Assembly (NCBI RefSeq): GCF_000315625.1
Contig: NW_005434610.1
Location: 297,698 to 361,697 of the forward strand
Origin: Guillardia theta CCMP2712
Lineage: Eukaryota > Protista > Cryptophyta
Length of the DNA: 64,000 bases
Reading direction: 5' to 3'
The translations under genes were made by a program, and so were the position numbers. Every line of letters starts with the position of its first letter. Positions within the stretch are counted from its first letter, which is position 1. The notes beneath the pieces are model-generated. The model was not told the DNA's origin. It ran no database searches and saw nothing but the letters and a program-made list of their open reading frames with translations. Below are positions 1 through 11,766 of this stretch, one piece after another.

Positions 1-289
1 CCGGCCCCCCCTCCTTCAGCCCCACTCTCGTCATGGCTCCCTTGCCTATACTGTCGCTCTCTAAACTTCCCACCCATGGATCCATGCGCCCTTCCTGTCC
101 CAACCTGCTTGCCGCCCTCCTTTCCCCCTCCTCCTCACTTCCTCCCTCCCTCCTCTCTTCCTCCTCGCCTCTTCCCACTCTCCTTGGTTCCCTCCTCATC
201 ATCTGAATCGCTCCCTCAGGGCCCACGTACAACTTCCTCCGACACCTTGGATCCAGCAGTCTGTTGATCATAAGGGAGAAAGCTTTCTC

Positions 290-1094
290 ATGCTGCTGGC
301 AGGTGCCACACAATCCCAACGGCATCAAGAGCGGAGGTCCCAGCCTTACCTCCTCCACCTCCTCTCCTCCTCCTTGTCCTCCTCCTCCTTCTCCTCCTCC
401 TCTTGCTTGCCATGCCCCATTCTCCTCTTTATCTCATCCTGTTCTCCTGCTCACCCTTCACGACTGGAACGAGCAGTCGACGAGGACGCGTCCTCGGGCT
501 CGAACGTGCAGGAAACAGGTGGAGGAGAAAGCGGGAAGGGACCTCTGTGCATCTTGAACTTCCTAGCAGGGAATCCTGTCCTGTCCCCTCGGCCGACAAG
601 GACTCCCATCGTCTCCTGGGGCCGCCCCGTCACGGAGAAGGAGGAGAGCGGAGCAGCAGACTTCTTCTGCTGGCTGCAGGAGACAGGTGTGCAGGAGCAG
701 GAGAGGTATCCCAGCTCCTTGACCCCAGCTGCAGCTCTGCTGGAAGAGAGCTCCCAGCTCACGGAGCATCGGAAGCGTCCACTCTTTCCGGGTGATGACG
801 TGTCGGAGGGATGGGGCAGGGCTGAGCGAAAGAGGGCAGGGATGCAGGAAGTCGTCGTGGTGGAAGCCGCCACCTCCTCTATGGCCTCCGACTTCTCCCC
901 CGACAAATTTTCAAACCCCATGCGAAAGCCGCACGATGGGCAGGTACGATCGGTCTCCCCCGCACTGCTAGGCCTCTCTTCTACAGTCCTCGATTGCCTG
1001 ACTCTCTTTCTTCCTCCTCCCTCCCCTCCTCCCTCCCCTCCTTTCACACAGTGACGCCTCGTCCCTTCAGGCTATTCTACTCAAGCACAGCTGA
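290..1094 (+). CDS. Hypothetical protein, 3' exons of a gene entering from the left edge (boundaries approximate)
   Basis: ORF 290-1054 has a coding-like central part (E/S-rich). A GT donor near 943 and an AG acceptor near 1070 would give a last exon AILLKHS* ending at 1094. No recognisable domain. Confidence 0.35.
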
Positions 1095-1148
1095 GGAGTT
1101 TTTCTTCGCCTCGTCCTGTAACATAGAGTGCTGTCCTCCTCCCTTGCT

Positions 1149-1327
1149 TCACTTTCCGTCCAGCACCTCGCAGATGTCTCTGATTGAAAGTTCCATGCTG
1201 TCCACAAACGCCTGACCGTCTCTGCAAAGTCGTCAGTTGGCAAAACAAAATGTCAAAGTCCACGTCAGTCCTTCTCGCATGTAGTCGTGGCCGTTTCACC
1301 ACCACCACCACCATCATCATCATCACC

Positions 1328-1361
<34 letters not shown>

Positions 1362-4276
1362 TACTCATACTCATACTCATACTCATATCTCGAGACGTAC
1401 CTCTCATTCTTGTACGTCATCACAGAGGAAGCAAACCCGTCCACGCTCGCATTCTTTCCCCCACCGAAGGGATTGGCCCCGTCGATTCCTCTGAGCTTCC
1501 CAGTGGTGTACCTTTACCCACAGTGAGCCGCACGCCATCCCACGCTCCTCTCACCCAATCCCGTAGCACTTGGGCCCGACGGGTCCGAACCCTCCTCCTT
1601 GGATGTTGGGAGACGTCAAGGTGGAGGTGGAGAGGATGATCTCCGACAGGCGGGTGTATGCCTCATCTTGGAAGATGGCGGGAGTTTTCAAACCGCTCTT
1701 GAGGGCCTCGTGCTTCAGGGCGAACATGTGTCTGTCCCACCCTTTTCCTGATGGCCTGCAAGTCAGCGACGTGGCAGCCCGGGGGCAACGGACCCATAAG
1801 AGCGTTGCGGGTGATGACGCCATGCTGCTTGACAGCCTTGCGGAGAGCTGCCGCGCGGCTGTCAGAGGCGAGAGAGAGAGAGGAGACATGGGACCTTCTT
1901 CCTTCTCTGGCCTCGTCGAAGACTTGGAGAAAAAGGTCTTGCACATCGCATCAGACTCGGGAGTGGCCGAGCGGATAGTTTCCGTCCTCCTGCTCGAGAG
2001 TCAGCTGGAGTTTTCCCATCTCCCAGCAAGAACCTACCCGTGCTTGAACGCAGATTGGTTTGCGCTCTCGTACGTTGAGGCGGAATGTCCGAAGAGCTTG
2101 TCAAAAAGTGAGTGACTTCTCGGAGGACGAGACAGGAGCTCACCCTGAAGTAGGCGAGCTGAAACGACATCTGTAGAGTCCCGTCTAGCCCCAGACCTTT
2201 CTGCGAGATGTACGATGAGGTGAAACCTGCATTCAGATGCTCAGAGTACGCAGATGGCGCTGGAGGGTCCTCGACAGACCTGGGACTTCCAGCAGGTGAG
2301 TAGCGACTGAGGAGCGAGTGTTATCGAAGTCCTTCTCCGCCTGAATGTTTATCTCATCGGACCCATCGTGCTCGGAGCGTGCTCATTCAAACCTTGTCAA
2401 TGATCGCTCTGACTTCATTGGAAATCTTAAACTCCAGCTTTCTCGGGGCCTTCCATGTGATAAGCAGACGACATTGACAAGGTGTCATATGAAATGAAAC
2501 CTTTGGGTGGGTTTGGGGCTGCGGGCACGGGGCCTTTGAGCTATCGTCATAGATCTGTGAACCCAATCAACCGACCACATCAGCCGAAGGTTTTTATCGT
2601 CACCTCATTGAAATATCGTAGGACTGCAACACCGTCACCCCAGGAGTGCTCGAAATTGATTCCAGCCCTTCCACTGCCATGTGATGGTCAAAAGCCGAGG
2701 AAACGAAACTATTCCGAGCTCACTTGGGCTGAACGATCATCTGAAAGCTCTTGTCGAACCATCTTAAGAGCAATCAGCACAGGGTCAAAAGTATGGTGAT
2801 ACAGGAGACCTGTTCTTCGCAGAACCGTGCAGGAAAGAGTTCTGCTGATCGACGTAATCGACTGGTACGTGGTCCTCCAAGCAGATCACAAACATGGCGC
2901 TGTCAATCGCCTGGGCTCTCAACTTTAGCTCAGGAGATTCGAAGCTCGGCAAATAGACCTCGAGACTCTCTGCATTAGCGCTGGACTCTATTATCTTGCT
3001 TCTGGCCTGCGATGGTACTTCAACGAGCTCCTTCTTCATTCACAGCTTACCGCAGCCCATTCATTCCTGTCCATCGTGGTCAAGATCCCAACACTGGGGT
3101 TCTCATACTTGACGGGCGTAGAGAGGATGTGCTGTATTCCACTGAGAATTTGATCTGCTGATATCACATTGCCATTCTCGTCCAAAACATCCAGAGACCA
3201 AAACTCAGTCCCTCGCTGGATCACGACATGCCTGGACTTATCATACTTGATCAGCTTGTCTTTTCCTGGCATTGGAACGCGAGTGGACTGAAACAAGTTC
3301 TGATACTGCGACATGTCCAACGGGTAAGTCCCATAGATGTAGGCAGCGTAGAATGCTAGATTTCTCGGAGTCATCGCACAGACTGTTTCAAATTGGGGAC
3401 TACCACCCTTGCCGTTCAAGAACTGGAAGAAACCCGTGCCGGTTCCCCCCATACACTTCTGCGTGTGGAACATGTCAGGCATCAGGTGCCCATCCATGAG
3501 AGTGCGGAAGAATCGAGCAGACGACCACGTGAGGATCGCAGCTCTGCACGCCTGATCGTTCTTGTCGGGCAAGGGATCGTCCAAGAGAGTGAGCTGAGGG
3601 TTGATGTTGAGGGGGAGGGGAGATCTGTTCTCAAGGTACATGTCGAACCATGGCTGCGTGATGAAGCTCGAGTATCGCTTCTTCTCTCTCTCCACTATGG
3701 CATCTTGCAGCTGCTTCCCTGCCCCGCCAACAAACTCATTCAGCACTTTCTGAGTGACGTTCAGCTCGCTGGGACTGACGAGCGGCCGCGCGGACTCGAG
3801 GAACCGATGTGACGTGTCCTTCAACTCGGGAATGGGCAGCCGAGGGAGCGAATCCTGAAAGTGATAGGTAGGGATCTTGGTGGTCTGCAGGTACTCCTTG
3901 CTCGCCACTGGGCACAAGCAGGTCTGGTCAGAGATACAAAACTCATCCCTTCTGCTCATTCGCTCGAGGGAGCCACTTTTCGCGCAGCTCTGCTCCCTCA
4001 CTCGTCCTTCATCCCGTCTCTCATCGTCTCCTACACTGGACCCTCCCTTTCTTGCCCTGGTTTGTGTAACCGAGCCTACCTCCCTGATTCCCCCCTCGCT
4101 CCTGTACAGGGCCTTTCCCTAGCTATCAACCTGCCTCTCTCTCTCTGGAGAGAACCAAGAGTGCGTAGGAGAGGCTGGGATACTTTCTCCTCTCTCTTGT
4201 CTCTTGTTTGCTGCTCGTCTTCTCTCCTCTTCTCCTCTTCCATCTCCTCACCTGCTGCTCGTCGCAGGGCAGCCAT
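1149..4276 (-). CDS. CPT2: Carnitine O-palmitoyltransferase 2-like carnitine acyltransferase, multi-exon
   Basis: Motifs: [105 protein letters not shown]. The last exon [20 protein letters not shown] (stop at 1149-1151) matches the CPT2-type C-terminus. The start (MAALRRAA at 4276) is tentative. Confidence 0.9.
1297..1386. repeat. Compound microsatellite (CAC)n(CAT)n(CATACT)n inside the last CPT2 intron
   Basis: Directly visible. It lies between the GTACGT donor (about 1401) and the TGCAG acceptor (about 1222) on the minus strand. Confidence 0.85.
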
Positions 4277-4374
4277 TGCGCCTCTTGATGCACCTGATGT
4301 ACTACCCCTGCTTAGCTCTTATAAAAAGGGGGTGCAACGGGACCCGTGGGGTACTCCCGAGACTGCCCAGTAAA

Positions 4375-7016
4375 ATGGGTCAGGTTGATTCAAGCAGGTC
4401 GGGGGAGTGGGAGGACGAAGACGAGGAGGCTTCGGTGTAGGAGGAGGAGGATCAGAGAGAGAAGGTTATGGAGAGGAGGGAGGGGGGAGTGAGTAGTGGG
4501 CCCGGACGAGAGGACGAGAGCCACGAGAGCTTCTTCAGAGGGATCGGGTGGAGCACTCGCAAGGAAGCAACGGCCTACATCAAGGGAGTCAACTTTCAGC
4601 ATGGAGGAAAGAGGGTGCATTGCGATCGGCAAGGGGTAGCCATGTCAGGGAGTCATGGGTATGTGATGCGATGTGGATCGGAGCGTTGCAGGCAAGCTAG
4701 CAGGAGCATCTTGTCTTGCTCGCCCCTCACCTGCATCACCAGGTACAGGATCGTTGTCAGGAGGAGCGCTGCCACCATGTACAGGACCAGAGCGCCCGCG
4801 TCCTTCTGGGTGGACATCCGGTCGAGCTGCCTCGTCCACGAGCGAGGATGTGAAGCTCAAGGTGCCGCTTCCTCCCAGTTCTTGTCCACCAGCTGCCCGG
4901 TTTTCCGCCAGGCTGTCCTTCCAGCTGAAGGCAGTCCGACGGTGAAGCAGCTCAAGGAAGTGCTGAGGGAGACAGCTGGGATATCTGCCACCACGAATGC
5001 TGTCTACATGGCGAGGAAGAAGGTGGAGAGAAGCTGTAGGAGCAGGTACGAGGCTTCTTTCAGGGCCCTGAGCCCGTGGATCCGCGACTTCTGCATCAGC
5101 AACGCTGGGAGCGGGGGAGATGTGGAGGAGGAGGTGGAGGGGACGTGGAAGGGGACGTTCAAGCGCGCATGTCTTGTCAGCGGAGCAATGGCCCACATGG
5201 TCCGACACTGCGGGCTGAGGGTCCTGGGGCAGGTGAGACTGCTGCGAGTTTTGCTGCTGCTCAGGTTGCTGACCAAGCTCGTCGCTCGCAGAGTTTCTTC
5301 CGGGTCTCGAACAGGTCAGGAACCCCTCATGAGCCTCTAGGGAACCTGACGCTGGGATTGTCGAGGTGGTTCCAAGGGCAGGTGATGGTTGTGGAGAGCT
5401 GGCTCAGTGATGGGTCAAACATCCCCATCGCAGCAGGTGACACCCTTTGTGCCCTTCATGCTCCCATGACGTGGCGCCATGAAGGGGTTTTTGCGGAACT
5501 CCCGGAGGGCGGAGGAGCGGAGACGGAGGAGAACGCGAGGTACCTGTGGGGCCATGTGAAGGGCTCGGAGCTGGGCGACTGGATGAGCGAGAGTCGAGGG
5601 AAACTCACGGTACTGACGGACCGTCGTTCGGCAACCCTCCCAGCTGTAGAAGAGAGTCTATCGCACGCAGACATCCTCTTTTGCTGCTCTCGGTTGCTAG
5701 AGCGCGTCAACGCTCATTGCAGGAGTACGACCTTATCCCTGCCACCAGCTTCTTTGTGCCCGTTGTGACCGATGGGAGCAGGTAGGGGAGCGCCAGAGCT
5801 GTTCCGAAGTTGTGAGCCTGGACGCGATGGGACGGAAGACTTGTTCTGGAAGGCGCAGGTGATTTGGAAATATTCCTTAATCTGTTTCACATTCTTTCGC
5901 GCGATTTTCATCTCCCTTCCTTCCCCTGTTTGTCTCCCTTTCCTTTCCTCTGCCACCTTCCACTTCATGTTTTCCTTCCCTCTCCAATTTCCCTATCCCT
6001 GTCCACTTGCTCCCCCCCTGCTCCATCAGGCGGCAACCTCATGGAAGGAGTGGGACAGCTGCATGACAGAGCTTGCGGGCAAGAATGGTGTAGCCCACGA
6101 GTTCTTGGAGGAGGTCGACCCAGCGCACTGGGCAAGTGACATAACCTGTTGTCAATGGTTTGTTCTCAACTGTTCTCAGGCATCTCACGCTCACCAACGG
6201 CCCTCCCGCCATGCAGGAGACGTTGACTTCGTTCGAAGCTATGGGATTAGGTGAGAGTCTGAACCCTCTCAGTGAGTTCCGACCGTTAGTCACTCTCGCT
6301 ATCCCAGCAAGTTGGCTGGCAAGAGTCTGTTCGACCTCGACGTTTCTCCCCTCGACCTCTTCCAACAGCTCACTAGGAGCTGGTCCAAGATAGTTAGGGA
6401 GGAGCTGAAGAGGAAGGATCAGCTGCTCAGCCCTGATTCACCTGCCACCGGGATCAGCCGACTCTTCATAACTCAAGAGGTCAGCGAGAGGTACGCCAAG
6501 AATGTCCGCAGGAGCGCCATGTGCAGGATACGAGCAGGGAGCACGAGCGAGTACGCCATGACGGTGATGGAGGAAGTCAAAGACGATCCTGAGGCCAGCG
6601 CGAAGCCCCTCCTCCACTCCGTCTCGCTCGTTCACAAGACCTGCAGCCCCTGCGGCTTCTGGCACCAGATGCAACAGCCGTGCGAGCATGCAATCTGTGC
6701 AGCGAGAGCGATGGGATGGGCGGATGGAGGGGAAGCGCAACTCATCCGCAGGCTCTTTGCTCCTCAATGGCTCGCAGACGATTTCATCCTCGCCGCCTCC
6801 TCCTCCAGGTTCAGGGTCGTCATCCCTCGCACTGCGAGCGTCGAGCAGGCAGCGCATGGGCCTCGCCCTCCTCCGTCCCCTTCCAACGCGTCGAAGCTCG
6901 AGACACGACCGACACGAAAGAAACGAAGAGAAGCAGCGAGCGAGCCGAGAGAGCTGCTTGCTTGCCAACCTGGTCAGAGGAAGAGGCCACGCGTTGCGTC
7001 TACCAATGACGAGTGA
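4375..7016 (+). CDS. MULE/Mutator transposase-derived protein with C-terminal SWIM zinc finger (intron-containing, probably domesticated)
   Basis: N-terminal MuDR-like region (KEATAYIK...C...FWVDI...H.RGC). MULE core ETEENARYLWGHVK...LTVLTDRRSATLPAVEESLSHADILFC. SWIM-like VSLVHKTCSPCGFWHQMQQPCEHAICA at about 6620-6700. Basic NLS-like tail (RKKRR, RKRPR). Spread over ORFs 4468-5340, 5076-5768 and 6312-7016. Confidence 0.75.
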
Positions 7017-7245
7017 GTCTACGTCTCCGACAATGGACTGGGATAGATGTATATGTAGATGCTGAGAGGTTTGTAAGTGAGGTCAACTTGTCTAATAGTG
7101 AACGTCAAGCCAGTGAGCTTGCCTTCTATTCCTGTACGAAGTACCACGCTAGGTAGACACGATGGGAAGGAATCGTAAGGGTAAGTACAAACAATTTCTA
7201 TTCAACAGCGCTACACTACATCTACTTTACAATAAAAAATGCTTC

Positions 7246-9780
7246 TCACACAGCACAGGTGCAACCTAAACAGACGCACTGCTGGCCAAACCCTGCACAT
7301 CTCGCCGCATGTCCCGATTGGAGGTCACAGTTTGAAGTAAAATATCCAGTGTTCCCTCCCCAAACGGAGCCCAACGACTCTGTCGCTTCCCCCGAGCCTT
7401 CAGTGCCCTCGTCCCACAACCGTTGAATGGATCGCGGAGAGAGGGGCGACTGAAACATGTTTGATGACTCACTTTCTCCCGCCCCCACCATGTCCTTGGT
7501 AGCTGGTTCGTTCGATTCGGACTCATCTGGAAGCCCTCGGTGTACCCAAGTCAGTGCATCGCCAGTCAAGCATGACTCCGCAACCATCGGTGCTAGCTTT
7601 CCGTACAGCTTGTCGTTCGCTTGCCCCTCAGCAATCGCTTTGCACTTGATGAGCAGGTCATAGCAGATCTCCTCAGACACAACGCTGTCGAACTTGTACG
7701 CTTCATGGGAGAGCACTTCCTGCCTCAGCCATTCGGCCGTGGTTGGGATCTTGCCGCTGGCCCTGAGGGAGATGAAGTCCAAGTACAGTTCGATACGTGA
7801 GAGAGTTTCCTTGGTTCCAGGCCTTTCGTTCACGTAGTCACGAACGAGGCCGACAAGGCCCTTCATCCCCAGAGTCGAATCGCCGTTAACAATTTGATCC
7901 ATGGTGAATTCCTTCACGCAAGGGCGCGAGTCAAGCTTCTCGTCCCTATAAGCAAGATTAGTGGCTGGTAGGATCCAGACTAAGAATACACGTACCTAAG
8001 GTGACAATCCACACACTGTCTGAAATAAAACTTCTGGTTCTCAACCGCATTCCTCTTATGAGCACGATCCATGTTCTCATCGACTTTAGAGATTGGCATG
8101 TACAGATCCAGCTTCTTTGCAGCTGTAACAAGATGATAAGTTTCCCATCTGCTTCAGCCTAGAATATCTCACCGATTGTTTGCGCAAGGAGGATCATAAA
8201 GCTCGAGAAAGCGGCATTCTCAAAATCCGTTAAGCCCAGCTCCATGGTTCGGAATTCCACACGCCATTGGATCCTGCTTTGGGGTAAGCAAACTCAACCA
8301 CAGACTGCGGTAATCTCACCCATGCGGGTTTGTCAAAGGAGGAGGCTTGAATCGCACGGAATTCCAGTTGGTGCTCCAGAGATTCTCCATGTGGTCTGTT
8401 TGAGTCTCGTTGTTGACGGAGAGTTTGTCTTCAAAGATGACCAACGGGTCCCTTACGAACAGGTGAGCAACGTGCCTAGCCATCTGGAGCAAACTTTCAG
8501 CATCGAGAAGAGGATTCAGAGCAGGAACACATACCCGGGAATCAATTCCTTGCGAGAGGAGATCTTCATAAGAGGTTTCGTCCATGGGAATCGCAACGTC
8601 GTTGAAGTGCTCCCGGTTCATGTCCGACTCAGAGATGTAGCAATCAATCGTGGAGTAACGTGACTTGGGAAGCACTTTGTTCTCCGAGGATTCTTTTGGT
8701 CCTCTTTCTTCGCGGGGACGATCATCTACAGATGCCGAGATGATATTCCACCTATCATGACACATCAGACAACAACAAAGAGCGTCATGCCATTCACTTC
8801 ACCTTGCATCAATGTCGGCCAAAATTCCTTTCCAGATGGGACTTGCTGCGGTCATAGCCAACATGATAGGTCCAAGAACCGCTAGCTGGTCGTAAAGCAA
8901 TCGGGCCTGAGAGACATCCGCGGATTGGAAAGTAACCTGCAGGCATCCTGCCCCCATACCGAACGCCATGGCATCCATGTAAATAGAGTTGTCCCCAAGC
9001 TGTGCAAGGATCTCATTGCCTCCCTCGTTATCAAGAATCTTCTTGGCTTGTGTTTCCATCGTTGACGCAGTATTCTTGTCCTGGAACGCAGGGACTGATA
9101 TCAGGACCTTCTCTCCTCTGCGCTCCCTAATGTTCCTCGTGAGAGTTGGAAACCTCGGATGAGGCTGAATGGAAGCATCAGGAATGTACATCGACTTGGA
9201 AACTTCTCCATTGGGATCTGGTTTCACGTCCTCCACTGTGAACGATTCGCATCCCAACCTCGGGAAGACGGGGAGGGTAAACACTTCTTGACCGTCGGTG
9301 AGCACGCTCAACAAAAGCTTCCTCCTGTTGGCCATGTTGTCCTGTACCCGCACGATCCCATCCAACGTTCCGTCATATGGAGCAGCTGGAGTTGCTTCAA
9401 TCATCCAGTTTGCATACTCGGGATGCCAGATAGCCAGCTTTTCCTTGGCCATTACCTCTCCCTCGGAGTCATCCAGCGCCTCCTCGGAGATCGATTCCAG
9501 CTTCGCAATGACTTCTGGAGCAGAGAATGGCAATCTCGCACGCTTCTCGGTCTCTTCCATCTGGCAAACAAAAAATTCGACCTAAAAGAAGCATCGTTAG
9601 CGGAAACCTGGACGAACAACAAATCCACACCTCATCACCCCAAAGGAAGGGTGCATTGCTGTTATCCTTATACTTGTTGTAAGAGTTCACGAATTGGATT
9701 ATTCCGTGTTGACGGATGTACTCAGCTTTCGATTTAGTGCTGCTCCAGGATAAGGGTTGTCCGACTGTCAAGAGACCCAT
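7246..9780 (-). CDS. GCLC: Glutamate-cysteine ligase catalytic subunit (gamma-glutamylcysteine synthetase), multi-exon
   Basis: Motifs: MGLLTVGQPLSW...HGIIQF...LWGDEV, WHPEYANWMIEATP, HPRFPTLTRNIRERRGEKV, IYMDAMAFGMG..CLQVTFQ, KSRYSTIDCY, ARHVAHLFVRDPLVIF, STNWNSVRFKPPP, RASGKIPTTAEWLR. Confidence 0.95.
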
Positions 9781-10049
9781 GATGGGATACGTGAAAACTC
9801 AAGTAGTCCGAGCGAAAGAGATGAGCGAGAAAGCGAGGAAAGCGAGGAGGAGAGGAAATGAAGAGTGAGCTATTGAATAGAAAATAGATTTAAGGAGGGA
9901 AAGAACAGAGAGGAGAGGAGAGGAGGACGAGGAGAGGTGTCCGCAACGAAAGGAGGGAGGGAGGGAGCAGGAGCCTGGTTTGGCAGGCGAAAGACTTATA
10001 CCCGCGTACAGTCGGGGGATGATGTGAAGGGGGTGGGGGGTGGAGGCTT

Positions 10050-11000
10050 GCATGAAAGTACACGGTGGGGTAAATGATTGCAGTTATTTGTAGGGTAGGG
10101 TGGTCTCTTAATGGATACTCCGGTACTTTTACGTTGAAATGCTGGTCTTAAAGAGGGTGGGGTGAAAGGTCAATCGGATACAAAATCAGAACTTGTGTGG
10201 GTAGGGGTACGGATGATAGGGGTGCTGGAGGGTAAGGGTTGTAAAATGATCGGGACAGGTAGGTAGTGTATTACTTGGGTAGGGTAGTAGAAGGTCTTCA
10301 TTTCGTGATCCAAAAGCAACCAAAGTAGCAGCATGCCTGAGGGTAGGGTACAAACGAAGGGTGAACATACAAAAGAAGGGGTAGTTTCCGGAGCCAATAG
10401 GCTGTCGAGGAGGGGTAGCAATTGCGATGGGCTGGGTACAATTTGACCAGGGAGTCTGTAAAGGGGGTAGTGGTGGCTAAGGATTTTGAGTTTCATCAGC
10501 ACCGAAGATTGCGATGAGCAAATGAAGGGGTGGGGTGTTGGATGTTTGTTGGGACCGGGTATACTTGAAGGCTTCAAGGGGGGTTCTAAAAGTAAAACTT
10601 CAGACCCATGGGATGCTTGCTGGGGAAAGAAGGGGTAGACCGTTCTGTACCTTTTAACACGTGTGGGGGGAGCAGTTTAATAATATGTGGGGTAGGGGGT
10701 GGCAATTATTTGAGTTAAGTCTTGAAAATATTGGGAATATTTTCATAATCTATGATCAAATTCACCTGATTTTCAAGTTGGATGTTTCCAGGTTCCAACG
10801 GGGGTGGAGGGTCATCTGAAAGGATAGGATTCGCGGGGGTCCCACACGTGACCTTCAACTAGCCCTATCTGTAAAGTACCTCGGGTAGGGTACTTCAAAC
10901 GAGGTATCCGGGGGTAGGGGTGTAAATATAAAACATTGTTCTAGAGTCCCGTGCTGATGTAAAGAGGTCGCATTGGGGGGTCCTGACTGCTCTGTGACTC
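10050..11000. repeat. Intergenic G-rich degenerate repeat tract (GGGTAGGG/GGGGTAC motifs)
   Basis: Many GGGTAGGG(G)TAC-like motifs with strong G skew on +. Similar tracts occur at about 47900-48060, 60120-60590 and 62160-62420. Confidence 0.55.
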
Positions 11001-11766
11001 TAAATTTAGATACTTTTTTGGCTCTCGAGAGGGAGCTGACAAACCGTGATGTGGGGAATCACACAAATTTTAAAACTTTAAAAGTTCACTTTACCACACT
11101 CTCCCACGATCACGGACCGCAACAATCATCGCCCATCACTACCCCTTGATTCCTCTCAGTCAACGATCATCCTGAATGGTTCCATATTATAACGGTTTGT
11201 GCAAATTTGAGATACTTTCCCGAATTGTCACGGTGAATTGTTGAAATGATAAGTGAATAATTCCAACAGTTCATGAAATTAGGGTAACGGATTTCACAAT
11301 CTAAGCATGGCAGGTACGACAGAAAGGGATGGTTGAGGATGCGAAGGGTGGGGTAGCTCTCTCATGCAGAGAACCTGGAAGATATGTTGTTTATTGGCAT
11401 GCAAATGTGTTCTTTCTATGTGAACTCCCTTCAGTCCATCTTCCTCTTTGTAATACTGAGCCTTACCATCAGATCAGAGTCCAAGTAATGCACCATCGAA
11501 CGATCTTCATCCTCCTACAAATGAGGTGGTTGATATTTTACTTACAACGCTTCTACACTAAAAGTTTGTCACGACCAGGAAACGAAGCCGCCTTCCAAGA
11601 AGAAGAGTGGGAGGGAAATATGGGAGGAATCCCAGAGACTAGAGGCGCAAGCAGCGCCTGTGCTGACCATGGGCAAGAAACCCATGTGCTCTGTGGGAGG
11701 ATGCGGCTACTTTTCAGACGACGACAAATGACGCCGTCTGCTGGAAGCTTCGGGCCATGCTATGGT

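Noticed and set aside
1081-1639. ORFs with poly-Met/Val or poly-Thr/Ile runs
   Set aside because: Translations of an intronic microsatellite.
10170-10577. Pro/His/Thr-rich minus-strand ORFs
   Set aside because: Products of the G-rich intergenic tract, with no domain signal.
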